Source of the DNA: Geosiphon pyriformis uo1
Lineage: Eukaryota > Fungi > Glomeromycota
Assembly: GCA_016748015.1 (NCBI GenBank)
Contig: JAAOMT010000523.1
Coordinates: forward strand, 372,001 to 436,000
Length of the DNA stretch: 64,000 bases
Reading direction: 5' to 3'
The notes beneath the pieces are model-generated. The model was not told the origin of the DNA. It did not search any database and saw only the letters and a program-made list of their open reading frames with translations. Below are positions 13,575 to 24,760 of this stretch, piece by piece; the stretch's first letter is position 1, and every line of letters starts with the position of its first letter. The position numbers were made by a program, and so were the translations under genes.

Positions 13575-15409
13575 TGAGATGAAAGCAATAAAGAAGAACC
13601 CGAATCAGAACACAAAAGATCCAATCTCACCAAAACAGAACCAACTGAAGCCTCCAGAGCCAACATTTTAGACTCCAAGCCACCCACTTTGGTGGTCAGA
13701 ACCTTTGAACTACTTGAACTAAAACCTGCATCCAATTCAGCATTTGAGGAAGGGGGTGAGGGTGACATCAACATGCCATCCAAAACTATATCTGAGTTCA
13801 AAACAGGAGCCACAGGTACAGAGCCAACCAAAGAAGAAGTATCAGAAGATGGCACCATGGACACCAATTCAACAAAATTCAATTTCCTAAGAATGCCAGA
13901 AACCTGGTCAGCCAAAAGTTTAAGAGAGTGCTCCAAAGATGCCAACCGAGCATCCAAGGGAGACCCATTAATTGGAGAGAAGGGAGCACCACCAACCAAA
14001 CCCAAAGCACCTGACAAAGAGGGGCCAAAACCAAAACCAGAACCAGAGGAAGAACCACCAGCAGAGGAAGCAAGAGAGACCATCTGAGTCCAAGATTTGC
14101 TACCAAAGGCAGCAGGGTGAGAGATAGGAACATTTTTCTTTACATATAACTTGGCTAAATAAAAGTGATCTGCACTGAAAAAATGTCTTTTTTTTTTCAA
14201 AACAATAGAAGGCACAGGAATAAAAACATCAGAAGCATCATATTTCAAGACTGAATGTCCAAATCTCCCATACTTTTCGCACCAAACTAAGTCTAACCTA
14301 GTCCAAGAAAGTTTTACACCACCAAAAATCGGTTCCATGCAAAAAGCAGCTTCCAGCTTCTCCTCAGAATCAAAACCAACCACAGCACAGCAAACCCTAT
14401 TGCCTGTTTCAAATGACCGATTGATAATGCAAGTTTTCCCGTCAGCCTGCTTTAACAGATTGCCAAGATCATAAGCTGTCGTTCCTACTGGCAAAGTAAA
14501 CAACAGTGCTCTGAACTGATCTCTAGAAGCCCAAGTTTTGCGATCTCCTACAGCCATAGTCACACGCACCAAATCTTTCCCAATTAGGAACAACCACTTA
14601 GAAGCCAATTGCACTGCCTGTTCTGATTTGGCAAACTCAACCACAGCCTTCTGCTATAGCCCAACCAGTTGTATGCAGATTGACTTAATTTCTTCAAATT
14701 CAGCTACTGCAGTGATGATCATGTTCTTAGGTATATCTATGGTAATTTTCTTGATTACTATGGCCCGATCTGAGCAAATTCCTTGTCTTTTGAGATCATT
14801 GTTTACAATGATCCCCTTTTTCCTAGCCAATGATGCAGTTCTTTCCATGCTTTCTTCTGACATGAATGTAGATCTGATAATCCCTTCAAATTTTGAGGGA
14901 GTAGTGGCCCTTCCAAAACCATTGATTCCTGAAAATAATTTCCTTATGATCTGAGTTTTGGCTGTTGCCGATTTCTTTTCTATAGGCAAAAGATTAATGT
15001 CCAAAGTGAATGATTTTTTCATGGTGACTTCCACTTGAGTTTTAATGATTTTGGGATCCACTCACACCTTATCCAAAGAGAAAGACTTACAGGAGGGAAG
15101 AGAAACTTCCTCTTTTTCCTCCATGTCATAATTAATAGAGCCGAAAGGAGAGCCAACAGTCACACTATTATTGAAACGCTTGGCTTGAGGCATATTCATT
15201 CTGGAATCAGGTACTTCTTCACCTTTGGAAACTTTTCTATCAGTATCCATGCCATTAAACTGCCTAACCACACAACCAGACCCACCACTTTTGAGAGTTG
15301 CATTACTACTTGAGAGCTTGATACCACCAGAGAGTTTCTTAATTTTATGATTTGAACCACCACCAATTGAAACTCTGGCTGACTTTTTCTTAACATTAGG
15401 GCCACTCAT
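13571..15409 (-). pseudogene. LINE copy A ORF1 (gag-like nucleic-acid-binding protein), nonsense-disrupted
   Basis: Fragments 15409-15062, 15061-14654 and 14644-13571 share a frame. Degenerate knuckle CEKYGRFGHSVLKY; homologous to copy B ORF1 (KVLTxKVGGLE, terminal LSSQ). Confidence 0.85.
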
Positions 15410-16696
15410 AGTGGCAGCTGAACTGACAATGAAAGGATTTGTTTCTTGTGAAATGGTGGAAGACAGTATATAAAAAAACAGAAAAACTTCTTTTAAAATT
15501 TTGACTCTTTTTTAGAAATTTGGGACAAAAGAGAGAAAGAAGTTTTTTTTGTCTAATATTTTTTTTTTTTTTTTTTTTAATAATTATTATTCAATCTAAA
15601 TAAATATCTTGTTTTTAAGATTGTTGTTTACTAATATTTCTTTATTAATAGTCAATATTATAGTTTTTTTCAAACTTTTTTTAAAAGTTAATATAAATTT
15701 AATAATATTTTGAAATTTTAAAAAAGTGATAAATTTTTTAAAATCATTTATAATTAAGAATAATTTTCTAATACTTAATACTTTTTTATATTATTTTTAT
15801 TTTTAATTGTCAAAAAATTAATGTTTAAAACAAACAATTTTTTAATAATAATAATATTTAATTTTTTTAATTACTATAAAATTTAATTATCCAAATTTTA
15901 AAACAATAAAACATAAAAATAAAAAAAATATGCTTTTATTTTTAGAATTATAGAAAATAATATTTTTTTATTAATTAAATTTTTTTGGTTAAATTTTTAA
16001 TTTTAATAAATATTATTTAAAAATTTAATTATTTATTTTTATTAATACAGTTTTAAAACTTTATAAATAATATTACTATTTTTTTGATTAATTTTTAGAA
16101 CATATTGTTAAAAATATATGTTTTTGATAAAAAATTACTGTAAAACATTAAAAAAAAATTAATAAAAGCCCAAATTTATAAAATAAAGATTTTTACATTT
16201 TTTTTTACAATACATTTTATATATATTTAATTATTGATTACAGTTAAAATCCTAATAACTTTAATTTTGCTTAAATTGAAATAATACATTGTGTTTAATA
16301 TAAAAATCAAGATACTTGAACTATTTTTATTTTAAGGTAATAATTAAAACTTTAGAAAAAAATTTAGAAAAATAACATTAAATTAATAATATAAAACCAA
16401 TTTTTTTTTATATTACAACTATAATATGAATATCAATCTTTTTTATAAAATAGAGAACTGTGTTAATAGTATAAAAATTTTTCAATACAATAAAAATTTT
16501 AGCATTAATCAAAGTTTGTAAGAAGTATAGAAAAAATTTTAAGTATCACTATTGATGACGTTGATAGAAAACAAAGAATTTATTTGTTTTGAGCAAACAA
16601 GCAAGATCAGCCTCGTAATTATAGATATAAACAGAGATTAGAAAAAAAAAATAGTTTCTAATCTCTTTGGAGTTATAATAATCAAATTCTAAACTT

Positions 16697-17543
16697 ATGT
16701 TAAAACCCCAAATCAGTAATACTATAGGTCTCGCCCTTTGCATATGGTTAACTTTAAGGAAACTAAAGTAAGTCGCCAAAAAATCAACCAATTTTGATTT
16801 CATCTGATTTAATCTTTATTATTAGCCCCCAATTACCTGAAATACTAGGAAATATAAACAATGTTTTATCAAGAGTTAATCAAAGATGGAGCCTTGAAGA
16901 AACCAAACTCCTTTTTGAGGCACATAAAGTTTTTGGTCCAAAATGGCAATTAATTTCACAAAAGCAATTTCCCTTAAGAACAGCTCAATCTCTCGAAAGT
17001 AAATGGTATAACTTAAAAGCAATTATCAACCAGAAACGTAACGTAAATTCAAAAAAGTGGACGCCGGAAGAGGACAAAGAGCTTTATATAGCTGTCACAC
17101 AATATTCGTTCAATAAAAGAGTTGATTGGAAAGCTATTTTATTAACTGGTCATTTTCCTGGAAGAAGTAATCATGACTTATACACTCGATATCACAATGT
17201 TTTAGCGCATCCAAAACGTGGCCCATGGACTAAGCAAGAAAACGAAAAACTTCAGAGTTTAGTTCAGAGTCATGGAAAAAAATGGACAGATATAAGTCAT
17301 AACCTTCAAAGGCCCGCTTGCTTGATTCAAATACATTACAATAACTTCTTGGCACCTGGGATGAAAATGGGTCGATGGACAGACGAAGAGTTTTATCAAT
17401 TAGCTAAAGCTTTTCAAGATTATGGTGAGAATTGGGAACAAATACAAAGATTATTCCCAGGAAGACCCTTAGGTCAAATAAAACGTCATTGTCTTCGCTC
17501 ACCCAAAATTCAAATAAAGGGAAAAAAATCTCAGCAAACATAA
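16697..17543 (+). CDS. Myb/SANT-repeat DNA-binding protein, 4 repeats (exons 16697-16767, 16826-17543)
   Basis: Repeats WSLEETKLL, WTPEEDKEL, WTKQENEKL and WTDEEFYQL with spaced Trp residues. A phase-2 intron gtaagt..attag joins ATG 16697 in frame to the ORF. Confidence 0.85.
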
Positions 17544-18690
17544 AGTTTAACCCAATCATTTAGCAGTCTTTTTTTTCATATACTGTTAATAATATATGCA
17601 CTTATCGTTCAAAAGTTTTTAGCCAGCTGATTTAGATCCGCAACATTTAATAATTCATTTTTTTATCTTTATTGCCAGTGATTTATAAAATAGTTTTTTA
17701 TCTATTATAATTATTATTATTTTGAAGAAAACAAACAACCTAAATATATACTCAAAACCCTATATTTAATTTAGTAAAAGAATCATAAGAAAAGTAAAAA
17801 ATTTAAAATCATGTCTCAAGGGTTTCTATTCTTTACTATATTAAAAAACATTTAATATCAATGAATTAATTAGCGTTTTTCGAATTGTTCAGTAATTAAT
17901 GAGTGTTTCTAAAAACTTCAATAATTCTACCCAATAATCAATAATTTTATCAAGGAATTTATTAAAGAATTAATTTTAATTTTTAATATTGTCCCAACTA
18001 AATAGACTAAAACTTTAAAAAATATTAATATTGCTGACTAAATTCTAGGTTAAATTTAGGTAATAGAAGAGCTTATTGCTATAAAAATACTTTGAAATCG
18101 AAAACCTCATTTAAAGTAAAGTTGCCAGCATTTTGCAATGTTTTAGTGAAAAATTTAAATTTGAAATTTGCGGGTTGATTAATGAAATATTATTATTATT
18201 ATTATTATTTACATTTGAGCTTTTTGAAGAATATAATAAAAGTGTATATTTCAAAAATAAAGAAGTAAAAACCAAAAAAAGCTCATTTTTATCGAAATGT
18301 TTAAAAGTTATATTTTTTATAATTATTTAAAAGTGTCACAATTTTACTGGTTAAAATACCTGATACCCGGAATACTTAGCTCATGAAAAACAGATTAAGT
18401 GTATACCAATAATACAAACATTATCATAAATAACAAATAAACCAAGATTTATATAATAAAAAGTATAGATTATCATTATGTTGATACTAAATTGAAAGGT
18501 CTTGCATAATAGTAACAGACACTCTCTTTCTGGACGTAAAAGCTTGTCTTAATGTAAGTACTATTTTGTAAACTAATAATGCCATTGGTTAAATGTTCAT
18601 TTTTCATAATATTTTATAGTTTAAGAGATTAAATTAAGAAATATTGCAGAGAAAAAACATTTAAATATTTAGAAAGTTTTTTGGTAAAGG

Positions 18691-18692
<2 letters not shown>

Positions 18693-18771
<79 letters not shown>

Positions 18772-18780
18772 TATTATTAT
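18693..18780. repeat. (ATT)n microsatellite
   Basis: Long attattatt run with two atc interruptions. Confidence 0.95.
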
Positions 18781-19801
18781 AGATTTTCCTTTATATATAA
18801 ATAAATTTTTTAAAAAAATGATTTATTTGTTATTTTTTGGTCAATTCTTGTAACTAAATAAAATTTTATTATTTATTATTTTTTAGTCAATTCTTATAAT
18901 TAAATAAAATTTTATTATTTGTGTGCTTTTACAAAGTGTGATAACTATCTACATAATAGAAGTAATCAGTCATTTTTATTATTTTAAGAGTAGTTTTTTA
19001 TATATATAATATTTTTTTCTTATTAATATTTTTTCTATAAAACTAACTTCAAATTTAAGAAATATCTATAAAAATTTTTTATAAAATAATTTTAAATAAA
19101 CTTATTTTAAAATATTAAAGAATATATATATATATATACATTAATTTCTATTCAATTTAAATAATTATATATAATTATTTCATTCTGTAAATTGTATATT
19201 CTTTTGAAAAGAATTTTGTTTATTATATATATAATCAATACATATTGCTATTATTTTATATTTCTACCCACGAAACTGAGACCGACCCTTTGCTTTCTTA
19301 TTTAGATACAGACACCGTTCATCCTTTTTTGAATAAATATTATTATTGATTTTTGATATCTGATTATTATTTTTTATTTTATTTTATTTTTGCAAAGATG
19401 CAAAGAAAATGGGGTAAGACAAATTTGTGGTGTTCAGCAGTTTTGAACCCTTGAAATCTTTCTGTGATGCTATGTTCACTTTGTCTGGTTTTGTTGCAGC
19501 ATGCCCCATATTAAAAAATATCAGCAAACAATACATTAATGTAATGACATAAGCAAATACCTTCTTGGTAACACTAACCCATGATAATCTTACTGTTTCA
19601 GACTGTACCTCATCAGTTTCAAAGATGAAGCAATAAAAATACCTCTTTTAAAATTTACCGAACGGTATTTCGTGTCAATATTGGCAATACGTAAGTTACG
19701 AAAATCCTCGGTTGAAAAATTCTAAGCGCCAGGCGTTTTCATTGTGCTGTTGAACGTGTTGAAAAATCCTTCAACTTTATTAAGATTAAAATTTTTACGA
19801 A

Positions 19802-20860
19802 ATGACAAACAACACAACGTACAACCAATACTCATACATCTCACAACTTAACTCTTTATCCCCGGTAAACTCAACTTCAACTGAGATGTCGCCAGACGAT
19901 TTAGAAGCCGAGTATGAATTTTGGAGCAATACCGAATTTTTTGATGCGCCAACTGATGATATTGCAATGCTAGACAACTTTCCACTGTCAAAGCGTAGCA
20001 ATAGACGGAAACTACAAGCAGCAGCCACTGCTGTCTCTGTACAAAACTCAGGTTATCAAAACTTAGAGTTCATGACTCATCAGTTGGCAGCACTCCATCA
20101 AACCCAACAACCCTCGCCTTCCGTATCTACCATCCCACCGTTTATTGCTTATGGCACTACTCCCCCACCAATACCCAATTCACCTCTACAACAATCCATG
20201 ATCGCTATACCATCACCACCGCATAGTGCAACAAGTTGTCATTCACCCACCGCTTCAAACTTTCCAGCATTTCACCCTGGATCAATGACAAATGTTATGC
20301 TCACAAACAACAATCTTTTGAATAGCGGCGTAGACTCCATAGAACCCATGTCAAAGCGACCGAGAATTAGCCCAATTTCAATTCCTCATCATCAACATCC
20401 ACAACATAACCCACACTCACATCCAATACATCATTCTCATCCTGGCTCTTCTCCAAGCTCCTCATCACGTCAATCTTCTGTTGATTCATTAGACTTCTCG
20501 CATTCTATTCCATATAATTTTAACAATGAATATGAAGCTTCATTGGATTCTGAGTTTCATGCAAAATTCACTGCCGATGAAGATAAAAGGAGACGAAACA
20601 CAGCTGCATCAGCTAGGTTCCGTGTAAAAAAAAAGATGCGTGAGCAAGCTCTTGAGCGAACTGCTAAGGACATGACTACTAAAGCTGAAGTCCTCGAAGG
20701 CAGAGTAAAGGAATTAGAATTAGAGATTAAGTGGCTGAGAGGCTTGATCGTCGAAAAAGATGCCAGGCTTTTGGATATAAAGCGTCCCGAAAAAAGAAAA
20801 GAAACTGATGGCGAATTGCCTAAAGAATTATCAAAAAATCAAACGGCTCAAGAACAATGA
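19802..20860 (+). CDS. bZIP transcription factor, MetR/Cys-3/Zip1 (sulfur regulator) type, intronless
   Basis: Basic region DKRRRNTAASARFRVKKK, zipper ending LELEIKWLRGLIVEK, and N-terminal WSNTEFFD motif, all typical of this fungal family. Confidence 0.88.
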   Translation: MTNNTTYNQYSYISQLNSLSPVNSTSTEMSPDDLEAEYEFWSNTEFFDAPTDDIAMLDNFPLSKRSNRRKLQAAATAVSVQNSGYQNLEFMTHQLAALHQTQQPSPSVSTIPPFIAYGTTPPPIPNSPLQQSMIAIPSPPHSATSCHSPTASNFPAFHPGSMTNVMLTNNNLLNSGVDSIEPMSKRPRISPISIPHHQHPQHNPHSHPIHHSHPGSSPSSSSRQSSVDSLDFSHSIPYNFNNEYEASLDSEFHAKFTADEDKRRRNTAASARFRVKKKMREQALERTAKDMTTKAEVLEGRVKELELEIKWLRGLIVEKDARLLDIKRPEKRKETDGELPKELSKNQTAQEQ

Positions 20861-21443
20861 ATCGAAAAGAATAGAAAAAATGCTCTAGTTTCATAAAATC
20901 TGATCTGTAAAAACCTAGGGTTATCTCCTTTGTATATATATGCGTCCCCGATGATTTCTACCTCCGTCTTTTTTTCGTACTTTTCGTGTGCGAATGAACA
21001 TTGAAAGACATATCGCATTTCATCGATTTACCTTTTATTCCTTCGTGATTTCGATCACACTCGATTTTTTAACATACCGATTAATCACTCGTGTAAATAC
21101 TGCCGCTTAAAAAACTTATTGCCAATTTTATGAGTTGGCCATCGTTATTTTCGAAAAGAACAACAATCTGATCTGTAAATACATCGCAATTAAGAAAAAC
21201 ATCTTTAATAAAAAACGCAATTCGTAAGCTGAAAGGAAAAATTATGTTAATTTAAACTAAAATATTCCGTCTGTTTTAAAACTGATAATTGTAGATTTTT
21301 TTGGTTTGGAAGCTTAAAAGTTATTGGATCAAGGATATTTATTCCCAAACCGCTTTACCTACTCAAAGTCACGTGAATCTCTAAAAATGTAGATCGTGAA
21401 TTATCTATAAACAGGATTTTTGGCTTTTAAAAATTAGTGAAAA

Positions 21444-22595
21444 ATGTGGTCAAAAACTCTCGTCTCCTTTCCGACCTACACTTTTCTTCTTTTTACCCCT
21501 TTAACACTCCTCATTCAGTTGGTTTCAACTTCCACAGCACGAATTTCTAGTAGAACCAAACGTTTCCTCGCATTTCCTTTATTATTGTCACTTATCTTAA
21601 TTCCACCTAACTTTTATTGTGATCTTTTCCTCTTTAATTTTACTTATGCTTCCGTTGGTATAGTCGTCTTTTTTCGCTATTTCGACTTGTTTTTCTTTTC
21701 TCCCTGGTTTTACAACACAGAGGTTTATACAAGTCTTGAAGCAATAAAAAATGACGCCTTGCTGATTGTTCGGAATCTTACAACTTCAAAGATTACCAGC
21801 ACCAAATCCTCGGACCAGGTAGAAACTGCAAGACCACCTACTCAGAAAGGATTTGCACCCCACATTGTTTCCTCTTTTGTCTTGGTTCCCGTTATCCTCG
21901 CATGGCATCTGATACATGATGCTATAGGCAGATACTGCATGACATTAACAGCTGAGAAAGTATTCAGATTTTCACAAGTAGAATACTTTTTGTTTGGTCT
22001 CTTATCATGTCTGTACATACAGGCTTCTATAGAATTCTCAGCTCTTTTAATATCCTTTTGGTGGACCCTTTTGTTCAATGGTGGGCGTTATGATACTCGT
22101 GAATGGCATTCGGCTTTTGATAATCCATGGATATCTACCTCGCTCTCTGAGCTTTGGTCTCGCAGATGGCATCAAGCTTTTCGTTCAATGTGGGTTTCAT
22201 TGGTTTTTAAACCATTACGAATATTGATTCAGAGTAAATTAAAAAAGGATTTCCCGAGATTAGCTCAAGTTTTGGAACTTACAATCCCAACGTTAGGAGT
22301 GTTTGTAATTAGTGGTATCATTCATGAATATCTTGCATATGTGGCAATGTATCATACGTGGACACCTGGTCATCAATTATTCTTTTTTACAATGCAAGCA
22401 TTGGGAATGATTGTCGAACGGTTTTTTTTCCAAAATTATCTTTTGATAAAAGAATCACATTTACTTCGAAGAATCTGGGGACTTGGATATATTTATTTCA
22501 CGTTACCCTACTTTCTGAGATGTTTCGTAGAGGTGGAATCGTGGAACGTTCATAAAGAATTTCCAAGCTTAATAAAAATTATTTTCGCTATTTAA
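21444..22595 (+). CDS. Membrane-bound O-acyltransferase (MBOAT_2 / wax-synthase-like), intronless
   Basis: Multiple TM segments; FDNPWISTSLSELWSRRWHQ and VFVISGIIHEY (catalytic His). Confidence 0.88.
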   Translation: MWSKTLVSFPTYTFLLFTPLTLLIQLVSTSTARISSRTKRFLAFPLLLSLILIPPNFYCDLFLFNFTYASVGIVVFFRYFDLFFFSPWFYNTEVYTSLEAIKNDALLIVRNLTTSKITSTKSSDQVETARPPTQKGFAPHIVSSFVLVPVILAWHLIHDAIGRYCMTLTAEKVFRFSQVEYFLFGLLSCLYIQASIEFSALLISFWWTLLFNGGRYDTREWHSAFDNPWISTSLSELWSRRWHQAFRSMWVSLVFKPLRILIQSKLKKDFPRLAQVLELTIPTLGVFVISGIIHEYLAYVAMYHTWTPGHQLFFFTMQALGMIVERFFFQNYLLIKESHLLRRIWGLGYIYFTLPYFLRCFVEVESWNVHKEFPSLIKIIFAI

Positions 22596-22883
22596 AAATA
22601 ACATTAATCCTCAAACCGATTGAATCTCTAAAATTAATTCAATTATTGAAAAAATCCAAGCACTGCCTATAGCGTTAAACCACGCCAAGCTTAAATAACA
22701 GTCATCTTTCGGATTTGGAAATAATTATCAATTATCAATGATGCTCCCAAGACGTCACAACAGCGGCTATTCTTATAGATCATCTGATTATATATATGGA
22801 CACCTACAAAAGATGAATATGTTGGAAATTTCTTTGTATATACCATTTTAAATTCACATATTTCTAAACATCATCCTCAGAAC

Positions 22884-24760
22884 ATGCCAGCTCCACCACC
22901 GCCTCCACCGCCTCCGGTAAAAACTTCGTCACCCTCGGGCGGACGAAATGCGTTACTGAAAGACATTCAACAAGGAAAAAGACTGAAAAAGACTGATACC
23001 AACGATCGATCAGCCCCACTAGTTGAAGGTATAATTTTTATTCAGAGGGTGTATTCCCAGTGAAAATGTAAAAGTTTAAATGGGACTGATAGCCTTTTGA
23101 GGCTACTACTACATTTCAAACTACCAAACTTGGTTTTATAAGATTTTATTCATCTAAAGCTTCCTTGTTAAGATTTCTGTCTCACTTCAATTACAAAATC
23201 AATTTATCTGACTGTAACCTTTTCTTATTTTAGTTAATAAAAATGGAGTGGGTTCTTCAGGATCTGGTCGAGTTCGGTCTTTAAGTGCAGCTGGTGGTGG
23301 TGGCGGCAAAGTTAACCCACCTCCGGGACTTGGAGGGCTTTTTTCTGGTGGAGTGCCGAAGCTTAAGAGTCGTAATGATGCAGGAAATGGTAATGTCTTG
23401 ACTTAATACTTTGCTAAATGTGGAAGCTGTTTCAACTCTAAATAAATGGTGGTACAGAAATTGGATAAATTTTCTAGATTTGGAAGATGATACATGATTG
23501 AACAGGGAAATATACAATTAGCTTTAAAAGTAGTACTCTGAAAAATCAATGTCAAGAGTCAAAATGGTTGGAAGCTTCAATAATTTAACATTTAATTGAA
23601 CTATACTTATAAATATTACTTAATTCAGCTTTGGGGATTCCACCGCCTCTTCCGGGTGGCCGTCCAAGGGCTACAAGTTCTGGTACTCCTGCTAATCGTT
23701 CATCGGCAGTTCCAAGTGTTCCTTCAATAAGTTCTGCTTTGCAGAATAGAAATAACAACACCTTGCCAAGAAGCATTGGTAAACATGTTACAGCGAACTC
23801 TGCATCCCCACCAGCGTTGCCAAATCGAACAACTCATATAACACCTGGGCGAATAGTTCCAGAAATATCAACTTCAGCAAATCCTAAACCCATATTGCCT
23901 TCTCGTAACAGTAAAATTTCAAATACACCCCCGTCTTTGCCAGATAGAAGTAATCCCCCATCTCCACCACCCAGAGGCGCAAAGCCTCTCCTATTAAACA
24001 ATAAAAAAGCACCGCCACCACCGCCACCAATTAGATCAACAGCACCAAATGTTTTTGGGAATTCAATCAACAGCAAAGCTAATACACCACCACCACCACC
24101 ACCATCACGAACATCCATAGCCATACAAAGGTCCCAATCACCACCACCACCACCACCACCACCTCCTCTACCACGAACATCCATCGCCACACAAAGGTCG
24201 CAATCACCACCACCAACACAGCATCGCCAGGTTTTACCTGTAATTGGAGATAAACAAAGACCACTAACGGCTGTTTTACCAACTAACGGTACTAATAACA
24301 ATTTTGCTCTACGAAAATCAATCAATGCCCAAAAATTCTCGGTTATTCAATGTATGTACTTCTGGAATGAATTTAATCGTTTCGAAAGAAAGAAATTAAA
24401 TCCATCAGCTAATTTTATTTTGATAATCAAAAAAGCCACTGCATTTATACAAACAGAACCTCAAACAACAGAAGGCCGATGGACTTTTCATCCTTCTTCT
24501 GATTTTCCTATTCCTCCTCCTTTTCGTAATTCCGAAAAAATATATCCTTCTGGATCCTCTACAGGAAGCTGTATGTTATATTTGAAAAATATGCTTCAAT
24601 TTTTCAAAATTTCAATTTGTTGCTATTATATATGTATTAACAAGATTTTATTATATTTAAATCAGCTATCCCACTGGACTTGTCATCGCTTTCTTTACGG
24701 GGCAATCCTCAACGCGCACCGCCACCACCACCATTTGGAAAGATAAATGGAAGAAGATGA
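22884..24760 (+). CDS. VRP1: Verprolin / WASP-interacting protein (exons 22884-23028, 23234-23389, 23629-24351, 24436-24570, 24666-24760)
   Basis: MPAPPPPPPPP start, WH2 domain GRNALLKDIQQGKRLKKTDTNDRSAP, LGGLFSGGVPKLK, poly-Pro core, and WASP-binding EGRWTFHPSSDFPIPPPF...KIYPSG. All introns are GT-AG and phase-consistent. Confidence 0.9.

Larger units (their letters stand above)
8761..15554 (-). mobile_element. Full-length, inactivated non-LTR retrotransposon (LINE copy A): ORF1 + ORF2 (APE-RT-RNase H-Zn knuckle), 3'UTR, poly(A)
   Basis: Poly(T) at 8761-8775 is the tail. ORF fragments stay in one frame across stops, with a single frameshift at ~11267. Colinear with copy B. Confidence 0.93.

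Noticed and set aside
8852-15313. Plus-strand ORFs antisense to LINE A (e.g. 13689-14087, 14538-14954) and minus-strand ORFs within LINE B
   Set aside because: Shadow frames caused by strand compositional skew; no motifs.
21368-21375. GTCACGTG E-box upstream of the MBOAT gene
   Set aside because: A single short motif; plausible but unsupported without conservation data.
3609-22595. P450 + Myb + bZIP + MBOAT as a biosynthetic gene cluster
   Set aside because: No core synthase, the P450 is broken and 11 kb away, and the neighbours are housekeeping-type genes.
23834-24325. Gly/Val-rich minus-strand ORFs
   Set aside because: Antisense of the verprolin poly-Pro codons.
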